NCBI GenBank assembly: GCA_965113315.1
Contig: OZ220371.1
Strand: one strand, 5' to 3'
DNA: 64,000 nt
Source of the DNA: Podarcis vaucheri
Taxonomy: Eukaryota
Under the pieces are notes generated by a model. The model saw only the letters and a program-made list of their open reading frames with translations, was not told the origin of the DNA and made no database searches. Both the position numbers and the translations under genes were made by a program. This document shows, piece after piece, positions 13,101-25,863 of this stretch. The first letter of the stretch is position 1. Each line of letters opens with the position of its first letter.

Positions 13101-13353
13101 CAGTGGTGCCTCGCAAGACGAAAAGAATTCGTTCCGCGAGCCTTTTCGTCTTGCAATGTTTTTCGTCTTGCGAAGCACGGTCCGTCGCAACTGCGCCTCT
13201 TCAAGCAGCTTTTAAAGAAAAGTGCAAGACGTTTTCGTCTTGCGAAGCAAGCCCATAGGGAAATTCGTCTAGCGAAGCAACGCAAAAACGGAAAACCCTT
13301 TCGTCTAGCGAGTTTTTCATCTTGCAAGGCATTCGTCTTGCGGGGCACCACTG
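13101..13353. mobile_element. Tc1/mariner MITE (CAGTGGTGCCTCGCAAGACG family)
   Basis: TIRs, TA TSD, repeated TTCGTCTTGCG subterminal motifs. Confidence 0.9.
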
Positions 13354-14166
13354 TAACTAAAAGCAGTTCTGGTGCAATTCCCTGCGGTGGATGGAGAAGC
13401 ACTATCTCAATGACACTGACACCGCCCCCAACAGAGGACACCCCAAACACACACATCAGGCGCCCCCAACTATACACAGTCCCACACAAAGAGCAGGGAG
13501 CCTGAATGAGGCATGCAGACTTGAAAGAGCATCTATAGCCATTGTGCCTTCTCTCAAATTACAGAGTTAATGAACACTCAGTCACAGGTTATGTATGCAG
13601 CTGCTACCCACCGTTTATCACTATCCCCCTGTCTCTCTGCTCTCCACAGCAACCAGGCAGACTTCAAATACGCAGAAGCAAGGAGCTGCTTCTTCTGCTC
13701 GTCCCTGCTACTAGTGCACCTGCAAGGAGACTAGGAGAGGCCAAATAGCTCGTTGTCCCAATTACAGTAGGGATCAGTCCAGCAGCGGCCATGGTCAATA
13801 GGTAAAGCATGCTAGCAAATATCTAGCAGATATTGGCATTCATATAAATTAACATAGGATGGCATGACTGGACAAGATGAATTGGGCTGGACAATATGAA
13901 AGGCAACCTGGGTGTGAACAAGCCCTACAACCACCTGAGAGATGTATTAGTCCATGTGTCAGTTACTCTTGCTTGTTAGCTGTTGGCAATTTGGGGAGGG
14001 GGGTTTCTTCTTTCTTGTGGGAGCCTGTGGTTAGGAATTTAACCTGGATCTTTTGTATGCCAAACCAGTGCTGTAACACTGCACTCATGCTCCACAAATT
14101 TCCCAATCAGTACTGATGCATATCACTGGAAGCCCAAGATCTTACACGTGGGACTGAGGAGAAATG

Positions 14167-14418
14167 GAAGAGAAGAAGAAGAAGAGTTTAGATTTGATAT
14201 CCCGCCTTTCACTCCCCTTCAGGAGTCTCAAAGAGGCTAACATTCTCCTTTCCCTTCCTCCCCCACAACAAACACTCTGTGAGGTGAGTGGGGCTGAGAG
14301 ACTTCACAGAAGTGTGACTGGCCCAAGGTCACCCAGCAGCTGCATGTGGAGGAGCGGAGACACGAACCCGGTTTCCCAGATTACGTGACTACCGCTCTTA
14401 ACCACTACACCACACTGG
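14167..14418 (-). mobile_element. Squam3-like tRNA SINE
   Basis: Head CCAGTGTGGTGTAGTGGTTAAGAGC with B-box GGTTCG, CORE-like body, (CTT)n tail. Confidence 0.85.
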
Positions 14419-14701
14419 AAGAAGAAATGTGACAAGTTAGGTCCTGTGTATGGATTGTTCTGTGGCTGTGCAATTAAATTGTTGCTCACTGGGGCAGAAG
14501 TCTTTTACTCTCCCCTTCTCAATCTGAAGTTGTCACTTACAAAATACAAATCAATTTTGCCTTGCGAAAGCCACATTTCTATCTTTTGGATGAGAACGGA
14601 ACCCACATCTCTAGTCCTACTGCAATGCTTTGCCACTGAGCTATCAACCAACTCACAGTGCTGCCCTCCATAACACTAAAAAGGTTGCTCCACTTTGTTA
14701 T

Positions 14702-15050
14702 AGGTATAGGTAAAGATAAAGGACCCCTGGATGGGTGAGTCCTCGCTTTCAGGCCGAGGAAGCCAGTGTTTGTTCACAGAAAGCTTTCTGGGTCATGTGG
14801 CCAGCATGACTAAACCACTTCTGGTGCAACTGGACACCGTGAAGGAAACCAGAGCACACAGAAACACTGTTTACCTTCCCACCACAGCAGTACCTATTTA
14901 TCTACTTGCACTGGTATGCTTCCGAACTGCTAAGTTGGCAGGAGCTGGGATAGAGCAACGGGAGCTCACTTTGTTGTGGGGGTTCGAACTGCCGACCTTA
15001 TGATCGGCAAACCCAAGAGGCTCACTGATTTAGACCACAGCGCCACCCGC
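14702..15050 (-). mobile_element. Sauria SINE with internal deletion near 3' end
   Basis: Same core as the 8062 and 10549 copies. Confidence 0.9.
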
Positions 15051-15316
15051 TTTATTTCTTTATGTTGGATTTTTATACATGGAATTGTTTTTACTGAGAA
15101 TTTTATTTGGGATGACTAAATGGAATCTAATAGACTTGTTCTTGTAGCGTGCTGTAAAAAAACAACAACTGTTTTGCTCACCCAGGCACTGCTGTTTTCT
15201 GCAGTACAGTATTCAAAATGATTTCCATTTGGACTCTTAAGTACCAACCCTTATCTCGAGGGGCGGGGTGTGGTTACAAATTAGTACCAAATGCAGGCCT
15301 TTTACCCTTTTGACTA

Positions 15317-16322
15317 CAGTGATGCCTCGCAAGACAAAATTAATTCGTTCCGTGAGTTTTTTCGTCTAGCGAATTTTTCGTCTTGCGGAGCACGAAATCC
15401 CATAGGAATGCATTGAAATTCAATTAATGCGTTCCTATGGTCAAAAAAGGCCAAACAAAGCCAAATTTGGTACAACAAGAGTTTATTAAGTGCTCTTTAA
15501 AGTCACACATACTGTAAACAGCATTTCAAAAATTGAAGGAACAATAAATTAAGTTTCTAAACATGACAGAAAAACATTTAAAAATCAACAAAGTGTACAG
15601 TACATTTTCTAAGACTCTGGGGGACAACTCGAAGAAGGTTCCTCTTCCACTCTTTGCTTCTTGCTGAAGAACCCCCTCCTCAACTGTTCCCCCAGCCACC
15701 CACCACACAGAAATTCAAATACAGAATTTTTTTAAAAAAACAGCAGAGTGGCCCAATGGTCACAGAAAATCATAAAAATGCAGAAAGAACACACACAAGC
15801 TTCCAGATTCTTGCAAACCCCTCCTCAGCTGTTCCCCCAGCCACCCACCACACAGAAATTCAAATCCAGAATTTTTTTAAAAAAAACCAGCAGAGTGGCC
15901 CAATGGTCACAGAAAATCATAAAAATGCAGAAAAAAACACACAAGCTTCCAGATTCTTGCAAACCCCTTCCCAACACCAAATCCTTGAATTCCAAACACC
16001 CCAACCCAAAATCCAAAAACCCCCAAAAAGGTTTTAAAAGTTTAAAAGAAGTTTTGGAAAAGCTTCAAAAATCACCAAAGTCTTCAAAAAACTCAAAAAA
16101 GGCTACCACACCACGTTCTATGAGTTGCTCCTCGAAGTCAAGTCACAACTGTATTAACGGTGTTAAGAAAAAGGAAACAAACTTGCAAGACGTTTTCGTT
16201 TTTCGTCTTGCGAAGCGAGCCCATAGGGAAATTCGTCTTGCGAAGCAGCTCAAAAAACAGAAAACCCTTTCGTCTAGCGAGTTTTCCGTCTTGCGAGGCA
16301 TTCGTCTTGCGGGGCACCACTG
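15317..16322. mobile_element. Longer non-autonomous Tc1/mariner element, same family as 13101, with ~150-bp internal tandem duplication (about 15670-15967)
   Basis: Same TIRs and TA TSD; duplicated ACCCCTCCTCA.CTGTTCCCCCAGCCACCCACCACACAGAAATTC unit. Confidence 0.88.
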
Positions 16323-18142
16323 TATGTAGATAGCTAGCTGTTGCGACAGGAGCGGCTCTCTCCCCAGCCCCCCTTCTCCAGGCCCTTCCCTGTCAAAGGG
16401 TTATTTTCTGGCTACGGCATTTGGACTTCTGGGGAATTTGAACTCCTGCCCTAGGGGAGCCCTGCAGCTGTCAGTTGCTGTCCTCCTACCCCCTGGATGG
16501 CACTGTGGACTCTTTCTGAGCTTGTATACCAGGAGAGGGTGTAGAATGCGATCTAACATGACATTCCTATAATGTCGCTTGGTGTCTTCTGTTCCTCCTA
16601 CGTTATCAACAATCACCTCAATGACTGGTGAGGAAGAGCAGAGTTGCTAGAGATATTACGGGTTTTTCAAAGGTGGGTTTGTCCCTAGGGATATTCTTTG
16701 CTTAATGCAAACATGGGGTAAGGGTGAACCGGGGGGGGGGAGAGCCATTTTGGCCCCACGGGCCAGATCTTTATCAGCAGATCCTTATCTGGATCAGCCT
16801 CATGGGCCACATTTGACATCTGGGTGGGGCGACTCACCTGTCAATCACAACTTTCCAAGTCTCCTGCTCCTTTCTTTCAGTTTCCAAATCTTGGAAGCTT
16901 GGAAGTAGGGGAGACTTGAAAAGGCTTTAAGACAGCACCCACAGCCCATTCCAGTTGTAACACAGGTGTGGAAGTTGCCTTAAAACACTTATCAAAAGCA
17001 GCTTCTCATGCAAGTGGTGGCAGAGGGAAGCATAGCAGAAGACTCTTCTCTCCCACCCTGCTACTGCCCCCTATGATGCCAACAGTGATCAGATGAGAAT
17101 GGTTTGGTGGAAATGACCTCATGAACCAAACTGGACACCCTAGCAGGTTGAGGTCAGCCCATAGGCAGGAAGTTCGCTGCCCTTGGGACAAGCACAGACA
17201 CGTGTTACATCGATGAAATTGCAGAGCTACGAAAACTACGGTATCAGTCTGCCAGACTGTGTGTCACAACAGAAAGCAAGGATTAATCTAGAAACTGTAT
17301 GGTGGTTAAATAGCAATCAAAATCACAGAACACAACCCAGCCAGCAGCTTTGATGGGTTTTGCATTCACTATATGGTAACCACTTAATACATCAAAAAGA
17401 CTGCCACAGCAATGTAGTTTGTTTGATATTTAAATATCATGCATGTTAACCAAGTCCCTGCTGTGCCATGTACATAAAGGAAATATTTGAAGAGAGTTAT
17501 CAGTGAATTTCCTGGGAAATACGTTTGAATTCCAAAATCTCAAAGGGATGAATTGGCTCAAGACAACAACATCTATCTCTCAGGCGGATGTGGTAATTGT
17601 CAACAAAATGAATTTTCATATTTTCCTCACAGATATTGAACACTTGCTCATAGCCCAGCAGCTGAGATGATTTCAAAGGATTCTGGCTCCAAATTCCTTC
17701 TACTCCAAAACATGTGATTTGAGCCTTGAACAGAGCAGAAAACTGTGACACTATTACCATAATGTGGGTGGAAACAAAAACCTTAAACAACTTAGAAGAC
17801 GAATTCTGATTTTTGAACAAGTTCCAATACATTTTAACCACATGACTGTTATTTGTTTCCACAAAAAAGCAGTGGTTTTCAAAAAAATATACAATTACTT
17901 GTTTCAGCTAATTAACCAAAATGCAAGGTAACCCCTAAGCATCGAGCTATATACAGTCACTTGTAAAAGAGGAAAAGGAAAGGGTGAAATTAAGTGCACA
18001 AGAGGTTTGTGTGCTGAAACCCTACTGCTTTATCCTTGATGGGCTCGCTTGTAGTATTGGAACCCAGATAGAAAACAACTGAGGCAGGTGGAGAGATGGG
18101 TATCTTCCACCTTTGGAGTTCTTTTGTAGTTTCCAATTAAAT

Positions 18143-18277
18143 CAGTGTTTCCCAAACTTGGGTCGCCAGCTATTTTTGGACTACAACTCCCATCATCCCT
18201 ACCTAGCAGGACCAGTGGTCAGGGATGATGGGAACTGTAGTCCAAAACAGATGGAGACCCAAGTTTGGGAAGCACTG
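18143..18277. mobile_element. hAT (Charlie-like) MITE
   Basis: TIR CAGTGTTTCCCAAACTTGGGTC; 8-bp TSD AATTAAAT/AATTAAAC; GGACTACAACTCCCATCATCCC core. Confidence 0.88.
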
Positions 18278-20270
18278 AATTAAACCTTTGAATGTGACAT
18301 GAGTAGAGCTGTGCTTAAAAGGTGTTAAGTCTGCCATCACTGTTTATTTATTAACAGGTACAACTTTGCTGGGGGGAGTGGGCATTCTTCAGAGGTACAG
18401 TATTCATATTTGAAATATACATGGGATTATATCCAGTGCTAGTGATACTCAAAGCACATTGAAATTCATGAGCATGACTAAATTCAGTCTGCTAATTCCA
18501 AGAGGTCTGCTCTGAGTAAAAACTTAGTTGGCTAATTCAGTTTCATAAAAGTGTTAGGGATTTAGGCCACAATCCACATACCTCAATAACATTCTGAGGA
18601 TGAAATTAGCCATAATGTGCTGACAAGTTATGTTCACGCCAATATCTTACGAGAACCTTCCACCAGTATGTGATCCGGGACTTAACAGTTCATCAAGAAT
18701 AATTGTTGATCTTGGACAAACACTTAGGAAATAATTTTCTGTAAACTAATTTCCAGAAATAAAAACTGGCAATAGTATGTGTGCATAAATTGCATATCAC
18801 TCTCTATTTACAGAAACACAATGATTTTTTAAAAGGGATATTGCTAGTATTTTTTATAAAAACTTAAACTAGCAGCAGACCTGGGCAAACTTCAGCTCCT
18901 ATGCTCAAACACAAACCACTTCACCAGTGCACGCCCCTTCCCTATTTTTCTGATTCCATATTATCAATAAAAAGCTTTTGCAAGCTACGGTATCAATGCA
19001 AAACACGGCCTACCAAAAACAAGCAAAAATGTTCCTTTTCCAAAATAAATTTATGCCATATTTCAAAACTGTATAGAACCGTCACCATTCGAGAAAATCT
19101 GCACTGGCATATTGTTAAAGCATGCAAGACACAGATACTCTCTTCCCATACAAGTTAAAACAGAAAGTTAGTCTGCTGTTTTTCAAGATTTTAAACTGTC
19201 TGACTTTCCAGTGATGTCCTGAAAACATCCTTGCTACAAAGAGGGAATGGCAAGAAGGGTGGAGAAGGACAGATGCAGTTGTTACATTCTGTTGTTGTTT
19301 TTTTAAAAAAGAAAAACATAAGATAGCCCCAGAGAACTAAAAAGAGTGTTCATAAAAACAGTGTAGTTCGGAGAGGGCCTTGTTCCCTATAAGCAATGAA
19401 CAATCCTAAGCAAGAGCTAAACAGTACAGAAGAATGCAACATACATGAACTCATGTCCCAAATTGAATTACTGCAGACTGAGTGCTGTCAAAATGCAATA
19501 CAGTATACACACAACAGAAATGCAGCTTTCAAAGAAACTGCATAGGTGGAATGAGAGAGCAACTAACTAGCCTTTATCGTTCAACAGGATGGCCTTTCAA
19601 GTCTCCAAATACTTTATTACAGTACTATAAACACAGGCTGATATGGGTGGTATTCAATACTGGTCCTACTTGAAGCAGACCCATAGAAGTAAATGGAAAT
19701 AATTTCATCCATTTCACTGTGTCTACTCTGAGTAGTACTTAGTAGAATACAACCCATTTTTCTATTTACATTCTTAGATCCAGTCAAACACTTCGCAATT
19801 TTCTGTACAGTGCATTAAATTTTAGAGCATTTTACAACTGATTTTCTCCCTTACACAAATGTTTTGCTTTCCCACAACACAGTATACAACGTACAGGAAA
19901 CCAAATGCTTAAATTGTGTTCTTAGTGAAGGAGCAAGTTTTATCATCATTAGGTTGTACCAAGTTAGGGGTTGTAATTCATCCCCTCCAGAAAATTTGTT
20001 TAAGTCCCTAGAACTCTTCACATTAGGTTGCAAATGAATCTTGTCTTTCAAAAAATGAAAATTACATTTCAGTTTCCCCCTCTTTCCCACATAGAAATGT
20101 TCCCTCTATTCTACAAGAATCTACGGCTACATTTGATTCTGTCCAATAAGAATTCCAAGAGGGCAAACAAATCCCAGTAGTTTAACTCAAAGTAGAAACA
20201 GGGAGGGCAATGGGGGGGGAATTACAACAACTTGCTTTGTGGTATTTAAAATCAATAAAAAGTTACTTAC

Positions 20271-20342
20271 AGTCTCTCCAGTTCTTTCAGGTCCTGGAAT
20301 GCTCCTCTCTCAATTGTACTAATCTTGTTTTCCATGAGCTGA
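20271..20342 (-). CDS. SLIT2: SLIT2 coding exon 3 (72 nt, one LRR)
   Basis: tttcag|T CAG CTC ATG...GAG AGA CT|gtaagt; encodes [23 protein letters not shown](L). Confidence 0.97.
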
Positions 20343-21507
20343 CTGAAATGCAGAGTATGAGTTTTAAAACAGCTAGTAATCAAGCGATGATTAACACCTG
20401 TTATTACAGCACTTTAGCAATGGGGAAACTTGCAATCGGCTCCTCTTTATTAACTTCACAATTCTCACTCTATTCTTAGACTTCCCATCCAATTTAATGT
20501 GTTTAAGACTTGTCACCTTAAACTCCACTATGACTTTTTTTTTTCCCAAGGAAGAGAGAAAATACCCTCTCCGTTTTTTTCAGAGGCCTTAAACCTGCTC
20601 AAGAACTTGAAAGGTCAAAGGTGATAAAAATATATGCCTTGCTGAAGGAAAAAGTCAAAGCTGCTGCTCAATTACAGAATGTTAAAAACATGTACATGAT
20701 GTATAAAAGTTTCTTTAAAAAAAGAAAGAAATGAAAGCTACACTTTACAATTATAAATCAAGTTGTTTTCAACTGAAAAAGAGTTACATGTGATTTTTTT
20801 TCCACAAAAGGAAAAGTTTGCAACTTTTCATCTTTAGGATGAAATATCAAAACCAATCTAATTGTTTGCAATTATTCCCTAATTTAAAACAATTTTGTTA
20901 CTAGCGTGTCTCAAAGAAGATTTTGTCTTCACTGAAAGAGCAGTCATTACTGTATAGTGATTTTTTTTTAATCTACAGGCCCTGAGAAGTACTTATGAAT
21001 TATTAAGTAACCAGGCTTTATATATGGTAAAACTATTTAAAAGTTTGTATCAATTTTCGCAGAATTTGGTGTAAAAGCAAGTTGCATTGAAAGCTTCTCC
21101 TTCCTGAATTTCCCTTTACTGCTAACTAGAATAACTTCTGACAATCCTAAACTCAAAAGTGCATTCAAACAAATTAATTCAGTTAGCCTTTAAAAAACAG
21201 ATATTTCTCTTTACAGCTTGCTAAAAAGCATTTCGTTTTCAGAAAGTCAATAATTTGCTGTATTTATAGAGTCAAGGAAAAGAATAAAATCACAAGTGGC
21301 TACAATACAAAATTGCTACTGTGGCAGTCTTCCAAATTTTTATGTCATCTCCCAACTGCTTTTTCTCATACGGTGTAAGTTTGGTTGTCGTTATTTTAGA
21401 GGTTAAGTAAAGAATTAGCCTTGTTGATAAAATAAGTCATTTTCCACAGAACTGCACATCTGCAGCATACAATAGTAACGGATAAAATACCACAAAAGTC
21501 AACTTAC

Positions 21508-21579
21508 AGAACTCGAAGGTGTCTTAGGCCAGCAAAATCAGTCTTTGTGATCCTTGTGATATTATTCCCATTAAGATCC
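21508..21579 (-). CDS. SLIT2: SLIT2 coding exon 2 (72 nt, one LRR)
   Basis: cttcttcgtag|G GAT CTT AAT GGG...CGA GTT CT|gtaagt; encodes [23 protein letters not shown](L), in frame with exon 1. Confidence 0.97.
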
Positions 21580-24500
21580 CTACGAAGAAGTAGTAGTAAA
21601 ATTAAAACATCCCAGAACTGGTGGCTATTTATTAAAATCAAATAAACAATAAGAATTTGCAACAAAGAGTTTGAGGATTAGTATCTAACTGTAGGTTGGT
21701 GCAAATTCCTGAAAAGTTTATGTAAAAGTAATTCTCCTTTCATTTGCACTTGTTTTAATTTCCAGTTTACTGAAAACGCATTTGGATACATTGTTTCTAG
21801 ACTGTTCCTATCATGAAATAGTGAGATTTGTGGTGTGCCATTCACAAATTTGACTTTCTCGCGATAGGAACAGTTATGATTAATGACTGCTACCACTGCC
21901 TCTGGACAAGTCCATTCGCTGTTTTTAATGGATGAATGAGAGAAACACAGATGAAATCAAAACGTGTTTACTTAATGATATGCTTAGTATGTTACTTCCT
22001 GGACCTACAGAGAACAGGGGAGAAATCATTGGCCCACTTCTTCAGTCAGGTACTCAGAGACAACCCCTGAAGACCATTACAGAGTCCACAACAGACAGGA
22101 ACACTGGCATCAAATAGTCAAATGAAGTGGAGGAAGCAAGGAGGAAATGGACAGTAAACATCTGACAGCTTTCCTGGGGGCCAGGATTTTTCTGGAAGGC
22201 ATCATCCTCTCTGCAACATTCCTAAAAAACTCAGCATTCCTAAAACTTACACAGCCAAGCTTACCCAAGCAAATATTTGTGAACTTACATACAATGTGAT
22301 CCAAGTGTTCATCTCTTTTAACCCTGTGTTTGGGTTTAAATTTATTTTATTTTTTAAATCTCATTTAGTCCTGTAATCGTAAAAGGTACAACATATTTAC
22401 AAATAATGGAAAAGCTCGGAATCTCAATTCATTCCAATTTGGTCATGATTAGTTAAGTAAGGGACAGCTATATTTCCATGACTTCTGCTTGGATTCACTA
22501 CTTGAGAGTAAAGTTATGGAGGAAAAGCTTGATAATGGAAACTAACCTAAAGTCCACATGCATTATATTTGGGGAAGAGATTTAGCACATTCCACTGAAG
22601 AAAATTAGCAGGAATCTCAAGTGATCTACAGATTTCCCCCCACCTGCCCTTAAGACTAATGAGTCACTGATATTTTTCTCTGAGTTTAAGGCAAAAATGC
22701 TAATGACTCTCCATTTTTTCTCCCAAAGCTGCTTACATTAATAGCTACAAAGGCAATCAGGATGTGTTTTGAAGAACACTCTTAAACCTAACTGATCAGT
22801 CAGGAAAGATCATAATAGCTAAGAATGATATGGCAGATTTACTTAAATCTACGAAGTGGGTACTAGGTACCTCTTCAATACTTTTTGTATCTTTGGAACA
22901 ATAAACTTCAAGTAGTAAAAGCAATTCTATTTTGAGGAAGCAGGTAACAAGAATCTAACTGTGTGGCAAACAAGTGTCATGTTCCTTTTAGTAGGATCTC
23001 TCTGCCTACAGCCCCAAATTATTCAGGAGTCTGTAGAAACGATATAAATATTTTGTTGGGGGAAGAATTAAGAATTCCACCTTTGGGGCGAAGGAGTCTT
23101 GTTAATAGCAGGATTTCCTAGTAGCAGGTAATCCTCTGTCTTGATTTTTAAAGTGCCTTCTTGAAAAGTCAGAGTACCCTGGATGCCTCAGGGTAAGAGA
23201 TTCATAAATGAAATAAATAATAGGTTTTTGTTTTTGTTTTTTTTAAAAAAAAGACTAAGTGAAACAAAGGAGAATTGAAATGGGCTGGCAAAGTTTGTCT
23301 TGGTGGCTCCACTTGGAGCTGGTGAGATTTCAGGCAGAGGGCTCTTGCAAATTACTCTTCCCATTTTAAGTCTCCACTGAAGTTGGCCTGAAGTGTATGC
23401 TACAAGCTGTTTCCTACAAGCCATTTCCGCAGATCAGAAGAAAAGGTGTGTTTCAATCCGTTTAAAGGGGAGGGGGAAGAAGATAAATATGGAGGGAAGA
23501 ATGGAAAGGGCCATCTCACACATAGTCTCTTCCTGACCCAAATTAACAGCAGTGTATTTTGCTTATTACTGCTGAGTAAGGGGGGGGAGCAAAGCAGTGG
23601 AACTAATGGCCTGGTTCTTTCATGTCTCCTTACATTACCCAAACCCCATAATGAGAATTGCAGGAAAGGGAGGGGGAAGGTACGTTGGGCTTAGCAAATC
23701 AATAATTTAGAAATAAAGGAATAACTAGGTATTTGTTCAAGGAACTTGAAGTATTCCGAAATAAGGAGCAGCTAATTTGAGGCTGTGGTGTTCTAAAATA
23801 AGATACATTGATCTGTGTGTGTGCATACGTGTTCTAAGGCAGCAGAGAAAGTGATAAAGGACATCTGGTATTGGTAATACACTAAAAAAAATACGAAATA
23901 GCGGAAGTCCTAAAGAGATTGGTAACCACCAGCACTAACCACAACACAAGCCATCTGCAACATACATTGATTTTTTTTAAGGGGGGGGGGAGAGGCCCAT
24001 AAGGAACTCTGTGTATTGATTGATGGTGCTGCTTTTTTACATTTCTCCTGCTGTTTAATTTGACAGACTTGCCTTTTAATTGGGTTCTTATTGGTTTCCA
24101 CACTTGTAAGCCACTTTTAGCAACTCATTTGCAGAGCAGCAAAAGTGGGGTATAGCTTTGTACGCCCATAATAAAGAACTGCATTAATAACTAAACAAAA
24201 GCATACAGTATAAAGGTGGCTCTTCAGAAGGAAATAAAGCTCTGAAACTTCAACTGTGAACTACTCTGAAAGGCTGCTGCTGCTGCTGAGCAAGGTACCT
24301 ATAATGCAACTATGCACTGGAGAATTACTGCTTCAAAGCTGGGGGCAGGGAAGGAGTATCAGGAAGAGTGGATTAAATTTAATGATTACTTACTTAAATA
24401 TGTTAAGTTAAATTAACAGAAAACATATTTAATTGGCTTAGGATTTTATTTATGTTAAGCATCGAATTAATATGTTTAATTTCATAATGTGAAGATCTAA

Positions 24501-25007
24501 GGATGTTAATTTTTAAGTTGAATTTTATAAGAACTGTGATTTGGAAAACCGTTAAAAGGACATGCAATGAAATTCAACCAAGGGGAAACGAGGAAGTCAC
24601 TTGACAATGTTAACAAGTGTAATTTTCAATAAGGCTATGATTTATGTTTGTTTCTCTTATGTGTTTGTTTGTTTATAATGTTGTGAAAACCAATAAAAAA
24701 ATTTTGGGGGGAAAACAACAACAAAGCTGGGGGCAGGGGGAGACTGAGGCACCCTAAAAAGGAACCAGGGAAAGTGTTGGGAGAATTGAAAGCACTAATT
24801 CCATTTCCACTTAGCTTTGCTTTTTTAAAATGGGGAGAAGGAAATGTCTCCCCTCCTCTGGCAACAGCAATGGGTTGCTTGACATGTTGGCTGGATGAGA
24901 GGGAAAGGGATGGTTGAGGATGTTGGGACCTGGGCACGGGAGAGGAGGGCGGCAGGTGTGTTTCTGGGGAGGTGGATGGGAAATCGGCAGGGAGGAAGGC
25001 GACTTAC

Positions 25008-25198
25008 AGCCTCTCGGTGTTGCGAGGGACGTTCCTGGGGACGCTCCGCAGCGCCAGCCCGTGACAGTCCACGGTGCTCCCGGAACAGGAGCACTGAGCC
25101 GGGCAAGGCTGCGGCGCCACCTCGCCCAGGCGGAGCAGCAGCAGCAGCAGCAGCAGCGCGCCCGGGCAGAGCCAAGCCAGCGCCCCCCGCAGCTTCAT
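25008..25198 (-). CDS. SLIT2: SLIT2 coding exon 1 (signal peptide, LRRNT cap, start of first LRR)
   Basis: Translates [63 protein letters not shown](L), matching the vertebrate SLIT2 N-terminus. A at -3 of the ATG; ends CT|GTAAGT (phase-2 donor). Confidence 0.97.
25136..25156 (-). repeat. (CTG)7 coding repeat, poly-Leu of signal peptide
   Basis: Seven perfect CAG on the + strand. Confidence 0.95.
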
Positions 25199-25826
25199 CG
25201 TCTCCTCGAGGTCACCGCCGGATCCCCACGGAGAGACGCGGATCCGGCGCGGGGGGAAACCCGATCGCTTCCCCCTTCGGTGGCGGGGATAGAGACCCCC
25301 TCAAAAAAAGAGAGAGACCCCCTTAAAAAGATAAAAAGAAAGCCCTCCTCCGGGTTGCAAGTTGCAAGGTCCCAAGGCAGAATCCAAATCCCCCAGCGAA
25401 GTCCGGGCAGGGAGGCGACGTCGAGGCGGATCCCCCTCCGAAGCAGCGGAGGTGCGAGTCCCGCCGGCGGGTGGGCGCCGGCCGCGAAGGCGAGCCCCTC
25501 GGAAGTCGGACGGACGGGCGACGCGCGAGCGAAGCCCCGGTTTCTGGCGCCTCCTGGTCCTTCTCAGCACGGCATGTTGGAATCCCGCTCCGTCCAGGCT
25601 TTAGAAGCCCGTCAAGAAGAAGCCGAAGAAGAAGCCGCCGCCGCCGCCGCCGCCCCCAGCCTCGCGCCGCGCCGCCTTGGAGAAAAGCTCGCTCTCCCCG
25701 CCGCCGCCGCCTGCGCCGAGCTGCATTGCGACCGCCGGCGAGCCCCTAGAGCGCCAGCGCCGGCTGCATGCTTCGTCCTCGCCGAGAGAGGGACCGAGAG
25801 AGAGGCGAGGGCGGGCAGGAGCAGCT

Positions 25827-25863
<37 letters not shown>

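Noticed and set aside
13101-13353. Regularly repeated TTCGTCTTGCG motifs as a CRISPR-like array
   Set aside because: Eukaryotic DNA; the motifs are subterminal repeats in mixed orientation within TIRs.
15654-16329. 127-aa and 193-aa ORFs with internal repeats
   Set aside because: Products of the A-rich tandem duplication inside a non-autonomous transposon; no transposase motifs.
1-25000. miR-218 hairpin, known to be hosted by SLIT2
   Set aside because: Mature sequence not seen here; it lies in a more distal intron outside this window.
25004-25198. 64-aa ORF as a complete small protein
   Set aside because: Its stop lies in the GTAAGT splice donor; it is SLIT2 exon 1.
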